This document shows positions 11,166-20,394 of a stretch of 64,000 nucleotides of DNA, one piece after another. Each line of letters begins with the position of its first letter. Position 1 is the stretch's first letter. The stretch is taken from the NCBI GenBank assembly GCA_963821525.1, contig CAWGED010000005.1, positions 1,120,001 through 1,184,000 on the forward strand. Reading direction: 5' to 3'. The notes beneath the pieces were generated by a model. It worked only from the letters and a program-made list of their open reading frames with translations. It made no database searches and had not been told where the DNA came from. The translations under genes were made by a program, and so were the position numbers. This DNA is from an uncultured Gemmatimonadales bacterium (GTDB lineage: Bacteria; Gemmatimonadota; Gemmatimonadetes; Gemmatimonadales; GWC2-71-9).

Positions 11166-12473
11166 ATGACCGCCACAAGTCCGCGGCCCGCGCAGGACGT
11201 CATCCGCCCCGACAAGGACCGGTTTCTCCAGGAGGAAAACCCTTTCGAAGAGATGATGTCCCGCTTCGATTTTGCGGCCAAGCAGCTCGATCTGGAGCCT
11301 GGGCTCTACAAGATCCTCCGGCATCCGGAGAAACAGATCATCGTTTCGGTGCCGGTTCAGCGAGATAACGGCGAAGTGGATGTCTACACCGGGTACCGAG
11401 TCCTCTACAACACTTCCCGCGGTCCGGCGAAGGGCGGCATCCGGTTCGACCTGCAGGTGACTCTGGACGAGGTGAAGGCGCTGGCCGCATGGATGACCTG
11501 GAAATGCGCCGTGGTCAACATCCCGTTCGGTGGTTCAAAAGGTGGCGTCATCTGCGATCCCAGCACCATGTCCAACGCCGAGCTGGAGAAGCTGACCCGG
11601 CGGTATACCTCGGCGATCATCGAGACGCTGGGGCCCGATTCGGATGTCCCGGCGCCCGATGTAAACACCAACGAACGGGTCATGGCATGGGTGATGGATA
11701 CCTATTCCATGCACAAACGGCACACGGTGACCGCGGTCGTGACCGGCAAGCCGATCGAAATGGGCGGATCCCTGGGCCGCCGCGAGGCCACCGGTCGCGG
11801 GTGTACCGTGGTTACCAAAGAGGCGTTGAAACAGCTGAAAATGCCGATCAAGGGGACTCGAGTGGCAGTTCAGGGATTCGGTAATGTTGGTTCGATCGCG
11901 GCCCAGTTGATGGCTCAGGAAGGCATGACCATCGTTGCCGTGAGCGACAAGTCGGGCGGCAGCTACAATCCCAAAGGGCTCGATCTCCAGGACGTCCTCA
12001 AGCACGTGCAGGGCAAGAAACTCCTCCACGACTACAAGAACGCCGAGAACATCACCAACGACCAGCTGTTGACCCTCGACTGCGATGTGCTGGTCCCTGC
12101 CGCGCTGGAAAACGTGATCGATCACGAAAACGCCAGCCAGATCAAGGCCCGGGTCATCTGCGAAGGGGCGAACGGTCCGACCACCGCCGCGGCAGACAAG
12201 ATCCTGAACGAGAAGGGCATCTTCGTCATTCCCGACATCCTGGCCAATGCCGGGGGAGTCACGGTGAGCTACTTCGAGTGGGTGCAGGATCGGGGTGGTT
12301 ACTTCTGGGACGAGGATACGGTCAACCAGCGGCTCGAGCGGATCATGGTGCGGTCGTTTGATGAGGTGACCGGCATGGCGCAACGGCACAAGCTCGACAA
12401 CCGGATCGGTGCCTACATGTTGGCGATCGACCGGGTCGCGGCGGTACATCGGCTCCGCGGCATGTATGCCTGA
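11166..12473 (+). CDS. gdhA: Glu/Leu/Phe/Val dehydrogenase (probable glutamate dehydrogenase)
   Basis: [59 protein letters not shown] upstream. Confidence 0.93.
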   Translation: MTATSPRPAQDVIRPDKDRFLQEENPFEEMMSRFDFAAKQLDLEPGLYKILRHPEKQIIVSVPVQRDNGEVDVYTGYRVLYNTSRGPAKGGIRFDLQVTLDEVKALAAWMTWKCAVVNIPFGGSKGGVICDPSTMSNAELEKLTRRYTSAIIETLGPDSDVPAPDVNTNERVMAWVMDTYSMHKRHTVTAVVTGKPIEMGGSLGRREATGRGCTVVTKEALKQLKMPIKGTRVAVQGFGNVGSIAAQLMAQEGMTIVAVSDKSGGSYNPKGLDLQDVLKHVQGKKLLHDYKNAENITNDQLLTLDCDVLVPAALENVIDHENASQIKARVICEGANGPTTAAADKILNEKGIFVIPDILANAGGVTVSYFEWVQDRGGYFWDEDTVNQRLERIMVRSFDEVTGMAQRHKLDNRIGAYMLAIDRVAAVHRLRGMYA

Positions 12474-12485
12474 TGAGCCCAGCCG

Positions 12486-12944
12486 ATGGACCTGCGACTG
12501 CTGGCCGTCGGCAAGCTGCGTCCCGCCTACCGTGAGGCGGGCGACGAATACCTGAAGCGGTTGCGACGCTACGCATCGATTCAGGAGATCGAGATCAGGG
12601 AAGCTTCCCGGGCCCCGACCGGTGTGGTGCAGCGGAGGGAAGAGGCAGCGCGGTTGCGGGCCAAGCTGCCGGGAGACGGGTTCCTGGTGGCGCTCGATCG
12701 CGAAGGTACCTACCTCACGAGCGAGGCGCTCGCCCACCAGCTGAGACGCTGGAGCGAGTCGCCGCGCTCACTCGCTTTTCTGATTGGCGGCTCCACCGGC
12801 CTGGCGGACGACATTCGGCAGGCGGCCGCATTCCGCTGGAGCCTCGGTCCGCTGACGCTTCCTCATGAGCTGGCCCGGGTCGTGGTATTGGAGCAGCTCT
12901 ATCGCGCGTTTACGATCCTGCGGGGCGAACCATACCACAAATGA
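12486..12944 (+). CDS. rlmH: 23S rRNA pseudouridine1915 N3-methyltransferase
   Basis: AVGK start, FLIGG..GL, SLGPLTLPHELARVVVLEQLYRA, GEPYHK. Confidence 0.95.
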   Translation: MDLRLLAVGKLRPAYREAGDEYLKRLRRYASIQEIEIREASRAPTGVVQRREEAARLRAKLPGDGFLVALDREGTYLTSEALAHQLRRWSESPRSLAFLIGGSTGLADDIRQAAAFRWSLGPLTLPHELARVVVLEQLYRAFTILRGEPYHK

Positions 12945-12975
12945 GGCGGGCCACCGCTCTCAGTCCCGGACTGCG

Positions 12976-13692
12976 ATGACCGAATGGTTCGAAGAATGGT
13001 TCGGGGAGGAATACCTTCACCTCTATCCGCACCGCGACGAGGCCGACGCCGAGCGTCTGGTAGACCTGCTCTGCGGTGCAGTGGAATGGACGCCTGGGTG
13101 GAAGGTGCTCGACGTGGCCTGTGGCGCCGGACGGCACATGGCTTCGCTTGAGGCGCGGGGTGCTCGTCCGATCGGCGTTGACCTGTCGCTTACCCTGTTG
13201 CGGAAGGTCCGCGAAGTGACTGATCGGCCGGTGGCCCGCGGCGATATGCGTTGTCTTCCAATCCGTCCCCGCTCCATGGATCTCACGCTCAATCTGTTTA
13301 CCAGCTTCGGATATTTCGAGCGCGACGAAGATCACGTCCGTACCATCAAAGAAATGCTCGACACCGTCAGGCCCGGTGGCTGGTTCGCAATCGATTTTCT
13401 CAACGCCGACCGGGTGCGTGAGCGTCTAGTGCCGGAAGAAACCGTCCGGTTCGAATCGGCGGTGGTGCGTATCACCCGGCAAATCACGACCGACGAACGC
13501 TTTGTGGTGAAGGCGATTCATACTCAGGATGGAAGGACCTTCAAGGAGAGGGTCCGCTTGCTTCCTCCACCAGAGCTGGAATCGTTGCTCACCGCAAACG
13601 GCGCGAGAATCGTTCGTCGCTGGGGAGACTACACCGGCGGCCCCGCAGGAGAAGGACCCCGCTGCATCCTCCTGGCGCAGGTTCCCCGGTGA
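12976..13692 (+). CDS. Class I SAM-dependent methyltransferase, coupled to bshC
   Basis: WFEEWF..YLHLYPHRD N-terminus, VLDVACGAGRH, GVDLS, GDMR, NLFTSFGYF; GTGA overlap with bshC. Confidence 0.9.
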   Translation: MTEWFEEWFGEEYLHLYPHRDEADAERLVDLLCGAVEWTPGWKVLDVACGAGRHMASLEARGARPIGVDLSLTLLRKVREVTDRPVARGDMRCLPIRPRSMDLTLNLFTSFGYFERDEDHVRTIKEMLDTVRPGGWFAIDFLNADRVRERLVPEETVRFESAVVRITRQITTDERFVVKAIHTQDGRTFKERVRLLPPPELESLLTANGARIVRRWGDYTGGPAGEGPRCILLAQVPR

Positions 13693-15218
13693 CTTTCCGC
13701 CTGGTTGCTACCCCCCTCGCGAGCTCGGTCCCGGCTCCCGCGGTGCGAACCGGGGCGCTCCAGTCCAGCCTGGTTGAAGCCTGCCTGCGCGCTCCGGGGA
13801 CCGAGGCAGCGATCGGGAGCCTGGCTGATCCCGGCGTCCTGGTCGTGACAACCGGGCAGCAACCGGCGCTATTCACCGGCCCGCTGTATACGATCCACAA
13901 GGCACTCTCTGCCGCCGCGCTGGCCGAGGTACTTGGCCGTCGTTGGGGTCGCAAGGTCGTCCCGGTTTTCTGGGTCGCGGGTGATGATCATGACTTCACC
14001 GAGGCCAATCACGCGTCGTGGTTGAACGCCGACGGCGCTCTGGTGACGGCGGTTCTGCGTGAGCGCTCGCCTGAAGCCCCACTTTTGCCTCTCTATCGGG
14101 AGCCGCTCGGGTCCGAAGTAGACGGCGTCCTCGCACAGCTCGAAGCCGACCTTCCTCCGGCGGAACATCGGGACAGCACCCTCGACTGGCTTCGTCGCCA
14201 CTTCCGGCCGGACCAGACGGTGGCAGGGGCGTACGGATCGGCGCTCGCCGAGCTGCTCGCTCCGTTCGGAATTGTGTGCCTCGACAGTACGCACGCTGCC
14301 GTCAAGAAGGCCGCTGGACCGCTGCTCCTGGAGGCGCTACGAAAGGCCTCCGACATCGAGCGCCTCCTCGACGAGAGAAGCGGCGATCTCGTGGGGCAGG
14401 GCACTGATCCGGGCGTCGCTGCCGCCGACGGTGCCACGCTGGTGATGGTGGAGGCAGCCCTCGGCCGTGACCGGCTGGTCCGGACCGATGGCGGGTTCGT
14501 GACCCGGCGCGCTCACGAACGATTCGGGCTCGCCGACCTGGAGCGGCTGGCCCAGCAGGAACCGCAGCGCCTGTCTCCCAACGTTCTGCTCCGCCCGGTG
14601 GTGGAGAGCGCATTGCTCCCAACGGTGGCTTATGTCGCGGGCCCAGGAGAGCTTCGCTACCTGCCCCTCTGTCGGCCACTGTATGAGAGTCTAGGCGTTG
14701 TCCCTCAGCTGCCGGTGCCGCGCTGGTCTGGGATCCTGGTTGAGCATCGGGTTGACCGGGTTCTGGAGAAGTTCGGCGCCACGCTGGAGGAGCTGCTTCA
14801 GCCAGGACGCGCTTTGGAGTCGCGGGTAGTCCGCTCACAGTTGCCATCCGAGACCATTGCGATCCTCGAGCGGCTTCGCGGCGAGCTGGCCGCCGGCTAC
14901 GACACCCTGGCCAACGTCGCTCGCACGATCGATCCAACCATCGAGAAAACGATCCAAAACGTTGGGAAACAGGCTCAGAGTGGCACCCAGGACGTTGAGC
15001 GCAAGCTGGTGCAGCACCTCCGGAAGCGCTCCGAGGTCGAGATGAGCCAGGTCGAACGGGCGCGCACGGCGGTGCTTCCCGGCGGAAAGCCCCAGGAGCG
15101 GTTGCTGACGGTGGCGCCCTTCCTCTCGCGCTACGGTCCGGAGTTGCTCCAGCAGCTCAAACAGGAAATGGTCACCTGGTATGCGAGCGCCCTTGAAGGC
15201 GCCTCTCAATCCTCGTAG
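13689..15218 (+). CDS. bshC: Bacillithiol biosynthesis cysteine-adding enzyme
   Basis: VVTTGQQ..LFTGPLYTIHKA, PVFWVAGDDHD, SPNVLLRPV..LLPTVAYVAGPGE..Y, PQER. Confidence 0.93.
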   Translation: MTFRLVATPLASSVPAPAVRTGALQSSLVEACLRAPGTEAAIGSLADPGVLVVTTGQQPALFTGPLYTIHKALSAAALAEVLGRRWGRKVVPVFWVAGDDHDFTEANHASWLNADGALVTAVLRERSPEAPLLPLYREPLGSEVDGVLAQLEADLPPAEHRDSTLDWLRRHFRPDQTVAGAYGSALAELLAPFGIVCLDSTHAAVKKAAGPLLLEALRKASDIERLLDERSGDLVGQGTDPGVAAADGATLVMVEAALGRDRLVRTDGGFVTRRAHERFGLADLERLAQQEPQRLSPNVLLRPVVESALLPTVAYVAGPGELRYLPLCRPLYESLGVVPQLPVPRWSGILVEHRVDRVLEKFGATLEELLQPGRALESRVVRSQLPSETIAILERLRGELAAGYDTLANVARTIDPTIEKTIQNVGKQAQSGTQDVERKLVQHLRKRSEVEMSQVERARTAVLPGGKPQERLLTVAPFLSRYGPELLQQLKQEMVTWYASALEGASQSS

Positions 15219-15227
15219 ACTCGTGCC

Positions 15228-15509
15228 ATGATGTTCCTCGGTATCATCCTGCTTGTGGCACTGATGATTCCCATCATCGGGATCCTCATCGACTCTCCAA
15301 TCGGCCGGGCGCTCGCCCGCCGGGTGGAAGGACCACAGCAGATCCCCCCCGGCGTGGCGGACCTGGCCCAGCGGGTTCAGCTCCTCGAGGGGGAGGTTGA
15401 TGATCTCAATCGTTCGGTCCAGCAGCTTCAGGAGGAGAACCAGTTTCTTCAACGTCTGCTTGAAGACAGCGCCACTCGCGCCCCACTCCCGCCGCCCCGG
15501 AAGCCCTGA
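15228..15509 (+). CDS. Small membrane-anchored coiled-coil protein, hypothetical
   Basis: N-terminal hydrophobic helix, heptad coil, Pro-rich tail; fills the gap between bshC and murJ. Confidence 0.75.
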   Translation: MMFLGIILLVALMIPIIGILIDSPIGRALARRVEGPQQIPPGVADLAQRVQLLEGEVDDLNRSVQQLQEENQFLQRLLEDSATRAPLPPPRKP

Positions 15510-17104
15510 CTCCATCCAGTCCTGATCCGGTCTCACCCTCTCCGGCGCGCTCGGCTTTCCTCGTCGGATCCGGAATCCTGCTGAGCCGTCTCGTCGGGCT
15601 GATCCGGCAACGCGCTCTCGCTCACTACTTCGGGCTATCCGACTTCGCCGACGCTTTCAACGCGGCGTTTCGCATTCCCAATTTGCTTCAGAATCTTTTC
15701 GGCGAAGGAGTCCTTTCGGCTTCCTTCGTTCCCGTATACGCGCGCCTGAGAAGCCTGGGCAAAGACACGGAGGCCACGCATTTGGCCAATGCGGCCTTTG
15801 GCCTCCTTGCCTGCAGCACCTCCGTGATCGTGCTGATCGGGATGCTCGCCGCCGCTCCGCTCACCGCGATCATCGCGCCCGGGTTCAGCGGAGAGAAGCG
15901 CGACCTCACTGTTCGCCTGGTGACGCTGTTCTTCCCGGGAGCCGGCTTCCTGGTTCTCTCGGCATGGTGTCTCGGCGTTCTGAACAGCCATCGGAAGTTT
16001 TTTCTTTCGTATGCGGCGCCGGTTGCCTGGAACCTCGCGATCATCTTCGCACTCGTGGGCTTCGGGCCCAGAGTGCATGGGGGACAGCTGGCCGTGGTCG
16101 CAGCCTGGGGTTCGCTGGTGGGGAGTGTCCTTCAGTTTGGGCTCCAGCTGCCGACCGTCCTCGGACTGCTTCGCGGGTTCCGCCCGGTTCTGGAGCGCAC
16201 CAGCGAGTCGGTGCGTACCGTCATCCGCAACTTTGTCCCCGTGTTCATCGGTCGCGGTGTGGTGCAGATCAGCGCCTTCATCGACACTATCCTGGCGAGT
16301 CTGCTGCCCAGCGGAGCAGTGGCGGGCCTGGCAAACGCGCAGGTGCTCTACACTCTCCCCGTCAGCCTGTTCGGAATGTCGGTTTCAGCTGCAGAGCTGC
16401 CGGAGATGTCGAGTGCCGTCGGAGAGGACTCCAGAGTTCACGAATTTCTTCGGGGTAGGCTCGAGGGTGGGCTTCGACGGATTGCGTTCTTCGTTGTGCC
16501 CTGTGCCGTGGCATTCCTCGCCTTCGGCCACGTGATCGCGAGCGCGCTCTTTCAGTCCGGTCGCTTCGGGTCGGCGGACAGCGTTTATGTCTGGGGGATC
16601 CTCGCGGGGTCGGCAGTAGGGCTCCTTGCGGCAACGCTTGGGCGGCTCTATGCCTCGACCTACTACGCGCTGCGTGATACCAGGACGCCTCTCCGTTTCG
16701 CGATGCTGCGGGTGTTTCTCACCACCGCGCTGGGATATCTTTGCGCCATTCCGCTGCCGGGCTGGCTCGGCATCGAGCCGCGCTGGGGTGCGGCCGGCTT
16801 GACGGCCTCAGCGGGGCTCGCGGCCTGGGTGGAATTTCATCTTCTGCGTACCTCGCTCAACCGCCAGATCGGCAACACCGGCTTGGCCGTTTCGTACCTC
16901 GCCCGTCTCTGGATTTCCGCCTTGGTCGCAGCCCTTGTCGGATGGGGTATTCTCCGACTGCTCGGCGCGGTCCACCCGGTAGCGCGTGCTGCGGTTGTCC
17001 TTGTACCCTTCGGATTACTGTACGTGGCGATTCTGGCCGGATGGGGAGTTCCCGAGGCTGGTGCGTTTCTGGTCAGGGTTCGCCGGCGAATTTGGAAGGA
17101 TTAA
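15506..17104 (+). CDS. murJ: Lipid II flippase MurJ (probable CTG start at 15506)
   Basis: The frame is open upstream of 15683 with SRLVGLIR..AHYFG..ADAFNAAFRIPN..LFGEG; also YTLPVSLFG, YYALRDTRTP. Confidence 0.92.
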   Translation: MTPSSPDPVSPSPARSAFLVGSGILLSRLVGLIRQRALAHYFGLSDFADAFNAAFRIPNLLQNLFGEGVLSASFVPVYARLRSLGKDTEATHLANAAFGLLACSTSVIVLIGMLAAAPLTAIIAPGFSGEKRDLTVRLVTLFFPGAGFLVLSAWCLGVLNSHRKFFLSYAAPVAWNLAIIFALVGFGPRVHGGQLAVVAAWGSLVGSVLQFGLQLPTVLGLLRGFRPVLERTSESVRTVIRNFVPVFIGRGVVQISAFIDTILASLLPSGAVAGLANAQVLYTLPVSLFGMSVSAAELPEMSSAVGEDSRVHEFLRGRLEGGLRRIAFFVVPCAVAFLAFGHVIASALFQSGRFGSADSVYVWGILAGSAVGLLAATLGRLYASTYYALRDTRTPLRFAMLRVFLTTALGYLCAIPLPGWLGIEPRWGAAGLTASAGLAAWVEFHLLRTSLNRQIGNTGLAVSYLARLWISALVAALVGWGILRLLGAVHPVARAAVVLVPFGLLYVAILAGWGVPEAGAFLVRVRRRIWKD

Positions 17105-17107
17105 GTA

Positions 17108-18916
17108 GTGCAGGGGACTGAATCGCTTCACCGCAAACTCGAGACATTACCCGAAGGTCCCGGCGTCTATCTCTGGAAAGACGCCGAAGGCCGCGTGCTT
17201 TATGTAGGCAAGGCGCGCCATCTCCGGAGCCGGGTCCGCAGCTACCTCGCGGCGGACGGGCCGGACAATCCCATCCATCGGTACCTTCTGCGCCAGATCG
17301 CCGACGTGGAGACCATCGTCGTCGCGAGCGAGCCCCAGTCCCTCCTGCTGGAGAACAATCTCATCAAGGAGTACCAGCCGCGGTTCAACGTGCGGCTGAA
17401 GGACGACAAGAGCTACCCATCCATCGCCGTGACACTCGCGGAGCCATTTCCGCGGGTTCTGGTTACCCGGCGCCGGGATATCCCCGGCGCTCGTTACTTC
17501 GGGCCTTATACCGACGTGACCCAGCTGCGCCGTTCACTGGCGATCGTCCGTCGCCTCTACACCGTCCGTTCCTGCAGTGACAACCTCCCGGTTGATCGGC
17601 GTGAACGGCCCTGCCTGGACTTCTATATCGGGCGTTGCCTGGCCCCATGCGTGGGATGGCAGGGACAGGCGGAGTATCGTGCGATGATCGATGAGGTCCT
17701 GGAGTTCCTGTCCGGTCGCACGCTGGATGTGCGAGCCAAGGTGCGTCAGGCCATGCTCGAGGCCAGTGAGCGCGAAGACTACGAGCGGGCCAGGAACCTG
17801 CGCGATACTCTCAAGTGGCTGGAGCAGATAGAACAACCCGCGGCCATCGAGGTGCTGGGAACCGGAGACGCCGACGTCATCGGCTTTGCGCGAGACGGTG
17901 ACGATGCCGTTGGCGTAGTACTCCGGGTGCGGGAGGGGCGCGTCGTGGGTCGGGAGCACGCTTTCCTGGAGAATGTCGAGGGGGAGTCGGACGAAGCCGT
18001 TCTGAGCGTATTCCTGGTGCGGATGTACGTACCGCTGCCCGCCCGAAGCACGAAGCTCATGCTTCCTTTCGCTCCCGCCGATGCGGAGAGTCTGAAGGCG
18101 CTGCTGCTCGAAACCGACTGGCAACTGCCGCAGCGGGGCATGGGGCGCCGGCTGGTGGATCTGGCCGAACAGAACGCTCGTCATCTGATGGAAAGCCTGC
18201 GGATCGAGTCGTTCGAAACCGAAGAGCGCGCCGAGGATCCGGTCTACGCCCTCGGCCGTGACCTGGGATTGGGTACCGTGCCGCGGAGCATGATCTGCAT
18301 CGACATCTCAACCAATCAGGGAAGAGACACAGTAGGTTCTCTGATCTGGTTCGAGGCCGGCCGCCCCAAGAAGAGCGAATACCGCAAGTTCAAGATCAAG
18401 GGGGTTGCGCAGCAGGATGATTTCGCCGCGATTGCCGAAGTCGTCACTCGGTTCTTGACCCGCCGTCGCGACGAATCGAAGCCGATGCCCGACCTCATCG
18501 TCATCGACGGCGGGAAAGGACAGCTCGGAGCGGCGGTGCAGGCGGCGGCGGCGGTGGGGATTACCAACATTCCCATCGTCAGCCTGGCCAAACGGGAAGA
18601 GGAAGTCTTCCTCCCCGGGCGGGAAGACAGTTTGCGGCTCTCCCGCCGCAGTCCATCACTGCGCCTCCTGCAGCGGGCGCGCGATGAAGCGCATCGGTTC
18701 GGCGTAGCGTACAATCGGAAGCGCCGCGCCACCCGAACAATTACCTCGGAATTGCTCGACATCCCCGGGATCGGGCCGAACCGTCGGCGGGCGCTTCTCG
18801 AACGATTCGGCAGCCTGGCCGGAGTCAAGTCGGCGACTGCGGCTGAACTCGCCAGCCTGCCGGGATTCTCCACCAAGCTTGCGGACCGGATCCTCCGGCA
18901 ACTCACGGAGAAGTGA
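17108..18916 (+). CDS. uvrC: Excinuclease ABC subunit C
   Basis: GIY-YIG (PGVY..YVGKA..LRSRVRSY), DDKSYP, UVR domain, IDIS, PDLIVIDGGKGQ, RDEAHRF, HhH. Confidence 0.97.
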   Translation: MQGTESLHRKLETLPEGPGVYLWKDAEGRVLYVGKARHLRSRVRSYLAADGPDNPIHRYLLRQIADVETIVVASEPQSLLLENNLIKEYQPRFNVRLKDDKSYPSIAVTLAEPFPRVLVTRRRDIPGARYFGPYTDVTQLRRSLAIVRRLYTVRSCSDNLPVDRRERPCLDFYIGRCLAPCVGWQGQAEYRAMIDEVLEFLSGRTLDVRAKVRQAMLEASEREDYERARNLRDTLKWLEQIEQPAAIEVLGTGDADVIGFARDGDDAVGVVLRVREGRVVGREHAFLENVEGESDEAVLSVFLVRMYVPLPARSTKLMLPFAPADAESLKALLLETDWQLPQRGMGRRLVDLAEQNARHLMESLRIESFETEERAEDPVYALGRDLGLGTVPRSMICIDISTNQGRDTVGSLIWFEAGRPKKSEYRKFKIKGVAQQDDFAAIAEVVTRFLTRRRDESKPMPDLIVIDGGKGQLGAAVQAAAAVGITNIPIVSLAKREEEVFLPGREDSLRLSRRSPSLRLLQRARDEAHRFGVAYNRKRRATRTITSELLDIPGIGPNRRRALLERFGSLAGVKSATAAELASLPGFSTKLADRILRQLTEK

Positions 18917-18920
18917 TTCA

Positions 18921-19202
18921 ATGTCTCGCGCATTCGTGAAGGAAGACGAGGAAGACCAGCCGCGGCGCTATCACCTGCCGCCTCGGACCGATTCATCCTA
19001 CCCGGCCGCGGCCGCCTGGGCGCTGCTCGAGGGGGCCAATCATGGCGACTCGATGGGTGCCGAGGCGGCGACCGGTCACCGGTGGGGCGATCCCGTTCTC
19101 CGGCCCCAGGTGGAAATCATCCGCGCCGACGCCGAACGGCGTGGTGACGAGCGGCTTGTTCAGCTGGCGGATCGCTTTCTGAATTACCGCGCGGAGTCCT
19201 GA
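18921..19202 (+). CDS. Hypothetical 93-aa protein starting MSRAFVKE
   Basis: ORF packed between uvrC and thrC with gaps of 4 bp and 1 bp. Confidence 0.7.
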   Translation: MSRAFVKEDEEDQPRRYHLPPRTDSSYPAAAAWALLEGANHGDSMGAEAATGHRWGDPVLRPQVEIIRADAERRGDERLVQLADRFLNYRAES

Positions 19203-19203
19203 A

Positions 19204-20394
19204 GTGGACTGGACTCTCGACTGCGTAAACTGCGGAAACACGAGTGGCCCGGAAGGGTTGCCGACTGTCTGCACCAACTGTGGGCAGCCGTGGCTCGTTC
19301 GCTATCCTGATCGTGTCCCAGTGCTGACCGACCGGGCGGAGTTGAGGCGTCGTCATGGGATGTGGCGCTTCCGCCCCTTCCTTCCGCTCACCCCGGCCGA
19401 AACCCCCGTCTCGCTCGGCGAAGGCGATACGCCATTGCTTCACGTGCGTCGTCTGGGGAAGAGCGTTGGCGTGGATTCACTCTGGATCAAAGACGAAGGC
19501 GCTAATCCTACGGGTTCATTCAAGGCTCGAGGCCTGAGCGCGGCAATCACCCGGGCTCACGCATCCGGCGTCACTCGTTTCGTCATTCCCACCGCAGGAA
19601 ATGCCGGAGTCGCCGCGGCGGCCTACGCAGCGAGGGCCGGATGTCATGTGAAGGTGTTTGCTCCTGCGACGACGCCATCGCCTATTCTCGCGCAGATTCG
19701 CGTCTTTGGTGGGGACCTCGTTCTGCTCGACGGCCACATCGGGGACTGTGGACGGGCAGCGCGGGCATATGCCGCGGAGACCGGTGCGTTTGATCTTTCG
19801 ACCCTCCGCGAACCCTATCGCATCGAAGGCAAGAAGACTCTCGGCCTTGAGCTCGCGCTGCAGTTCGGCTGGGCATTCCCTCAGGTCATCATCTATCCTA
19901 CCGGCGGCGGGACTGGGCTGATCGGAATGTGGAAAGCCTTCGCGGAGCTCCGCACCGCCGGCTGGGTGACTGATGACCCGCCACGAATGTTCACCGTTCA
20001 GGCCACCGGGTGTGCTCCGATCGTCCGCGCCTTCGAGGCGGGAGCTGACCATGCCGAACCGTGGAAGGATCCCACGACGATCGCCAGCGGACTGCGCGTT
20101 CCGGGGCCGCTGGGAGACCGCCTCATCCTTCGCGCCCTCCGTGAAAGCAACGGAGCCGCAGTCGCCGTGAGCGACGAGGATCTGGCACAGTGGGCTGCGA
20201 ATGGAGCTGCCGAGGAAGGGATCGATTTCTCACCCGAGGGAGGTGCCGGCCTCGCCGGGCTTCGGCTCCTGCTGGATCGTGGGCTGGTGCGGCCGGAGGA
20301 GCAGATCGTCGTCTTCAACACCGGCGCCGGGTGGCTTTATCGTCAAAGGCCCGATTTGCCTCTCCCATCGACGGGGAGCGATATTTCAGCATGA
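19204..20394 (+). CDS. thrC: Threonine synthase (PLP fold II, N-terminal Zn ribbon)
   Basis: CxxC..CxxC, LGEGDTPL, NPTGSFKARG, TAGNAG, EGKKT, PTGGGTG, FNTG. Confidence 0.88.
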   Translation: MDWTLDCVNCGNTSGPEGLPTVCTNCGQPWLVRYPDRVPVLTDRAELRRRHGMWRFRPFLPLTPAETPVSLGEGDTPLLHVRRLGKSVGVDSLWIKDEGANPTGSFKARGLSAAITRAHASGVTRFVIPTAGNAGVAAAAYAARAGCHVKVFAPATTPSPILAQIRVFGGDLVLLDGHIGDCGRAARAYAAETGAFDLSTLREPYRIEGKKTLGLELALQFGWAFPQVIIYPTGGGTGLIGMWKAFAELRTAGWVTDDPPRMFTVQATGCAPIVRAFEAGADHAEPWKDPTTIASGLRVPGPLGDRLILRALRESNGAAVAVSDEDLAQWAANGAAEEGIDFSPEGGAGLAGLRLLLDRGLVRPEEQIVVFNTGAGWLYRQRPDLPLPSTGSDISA

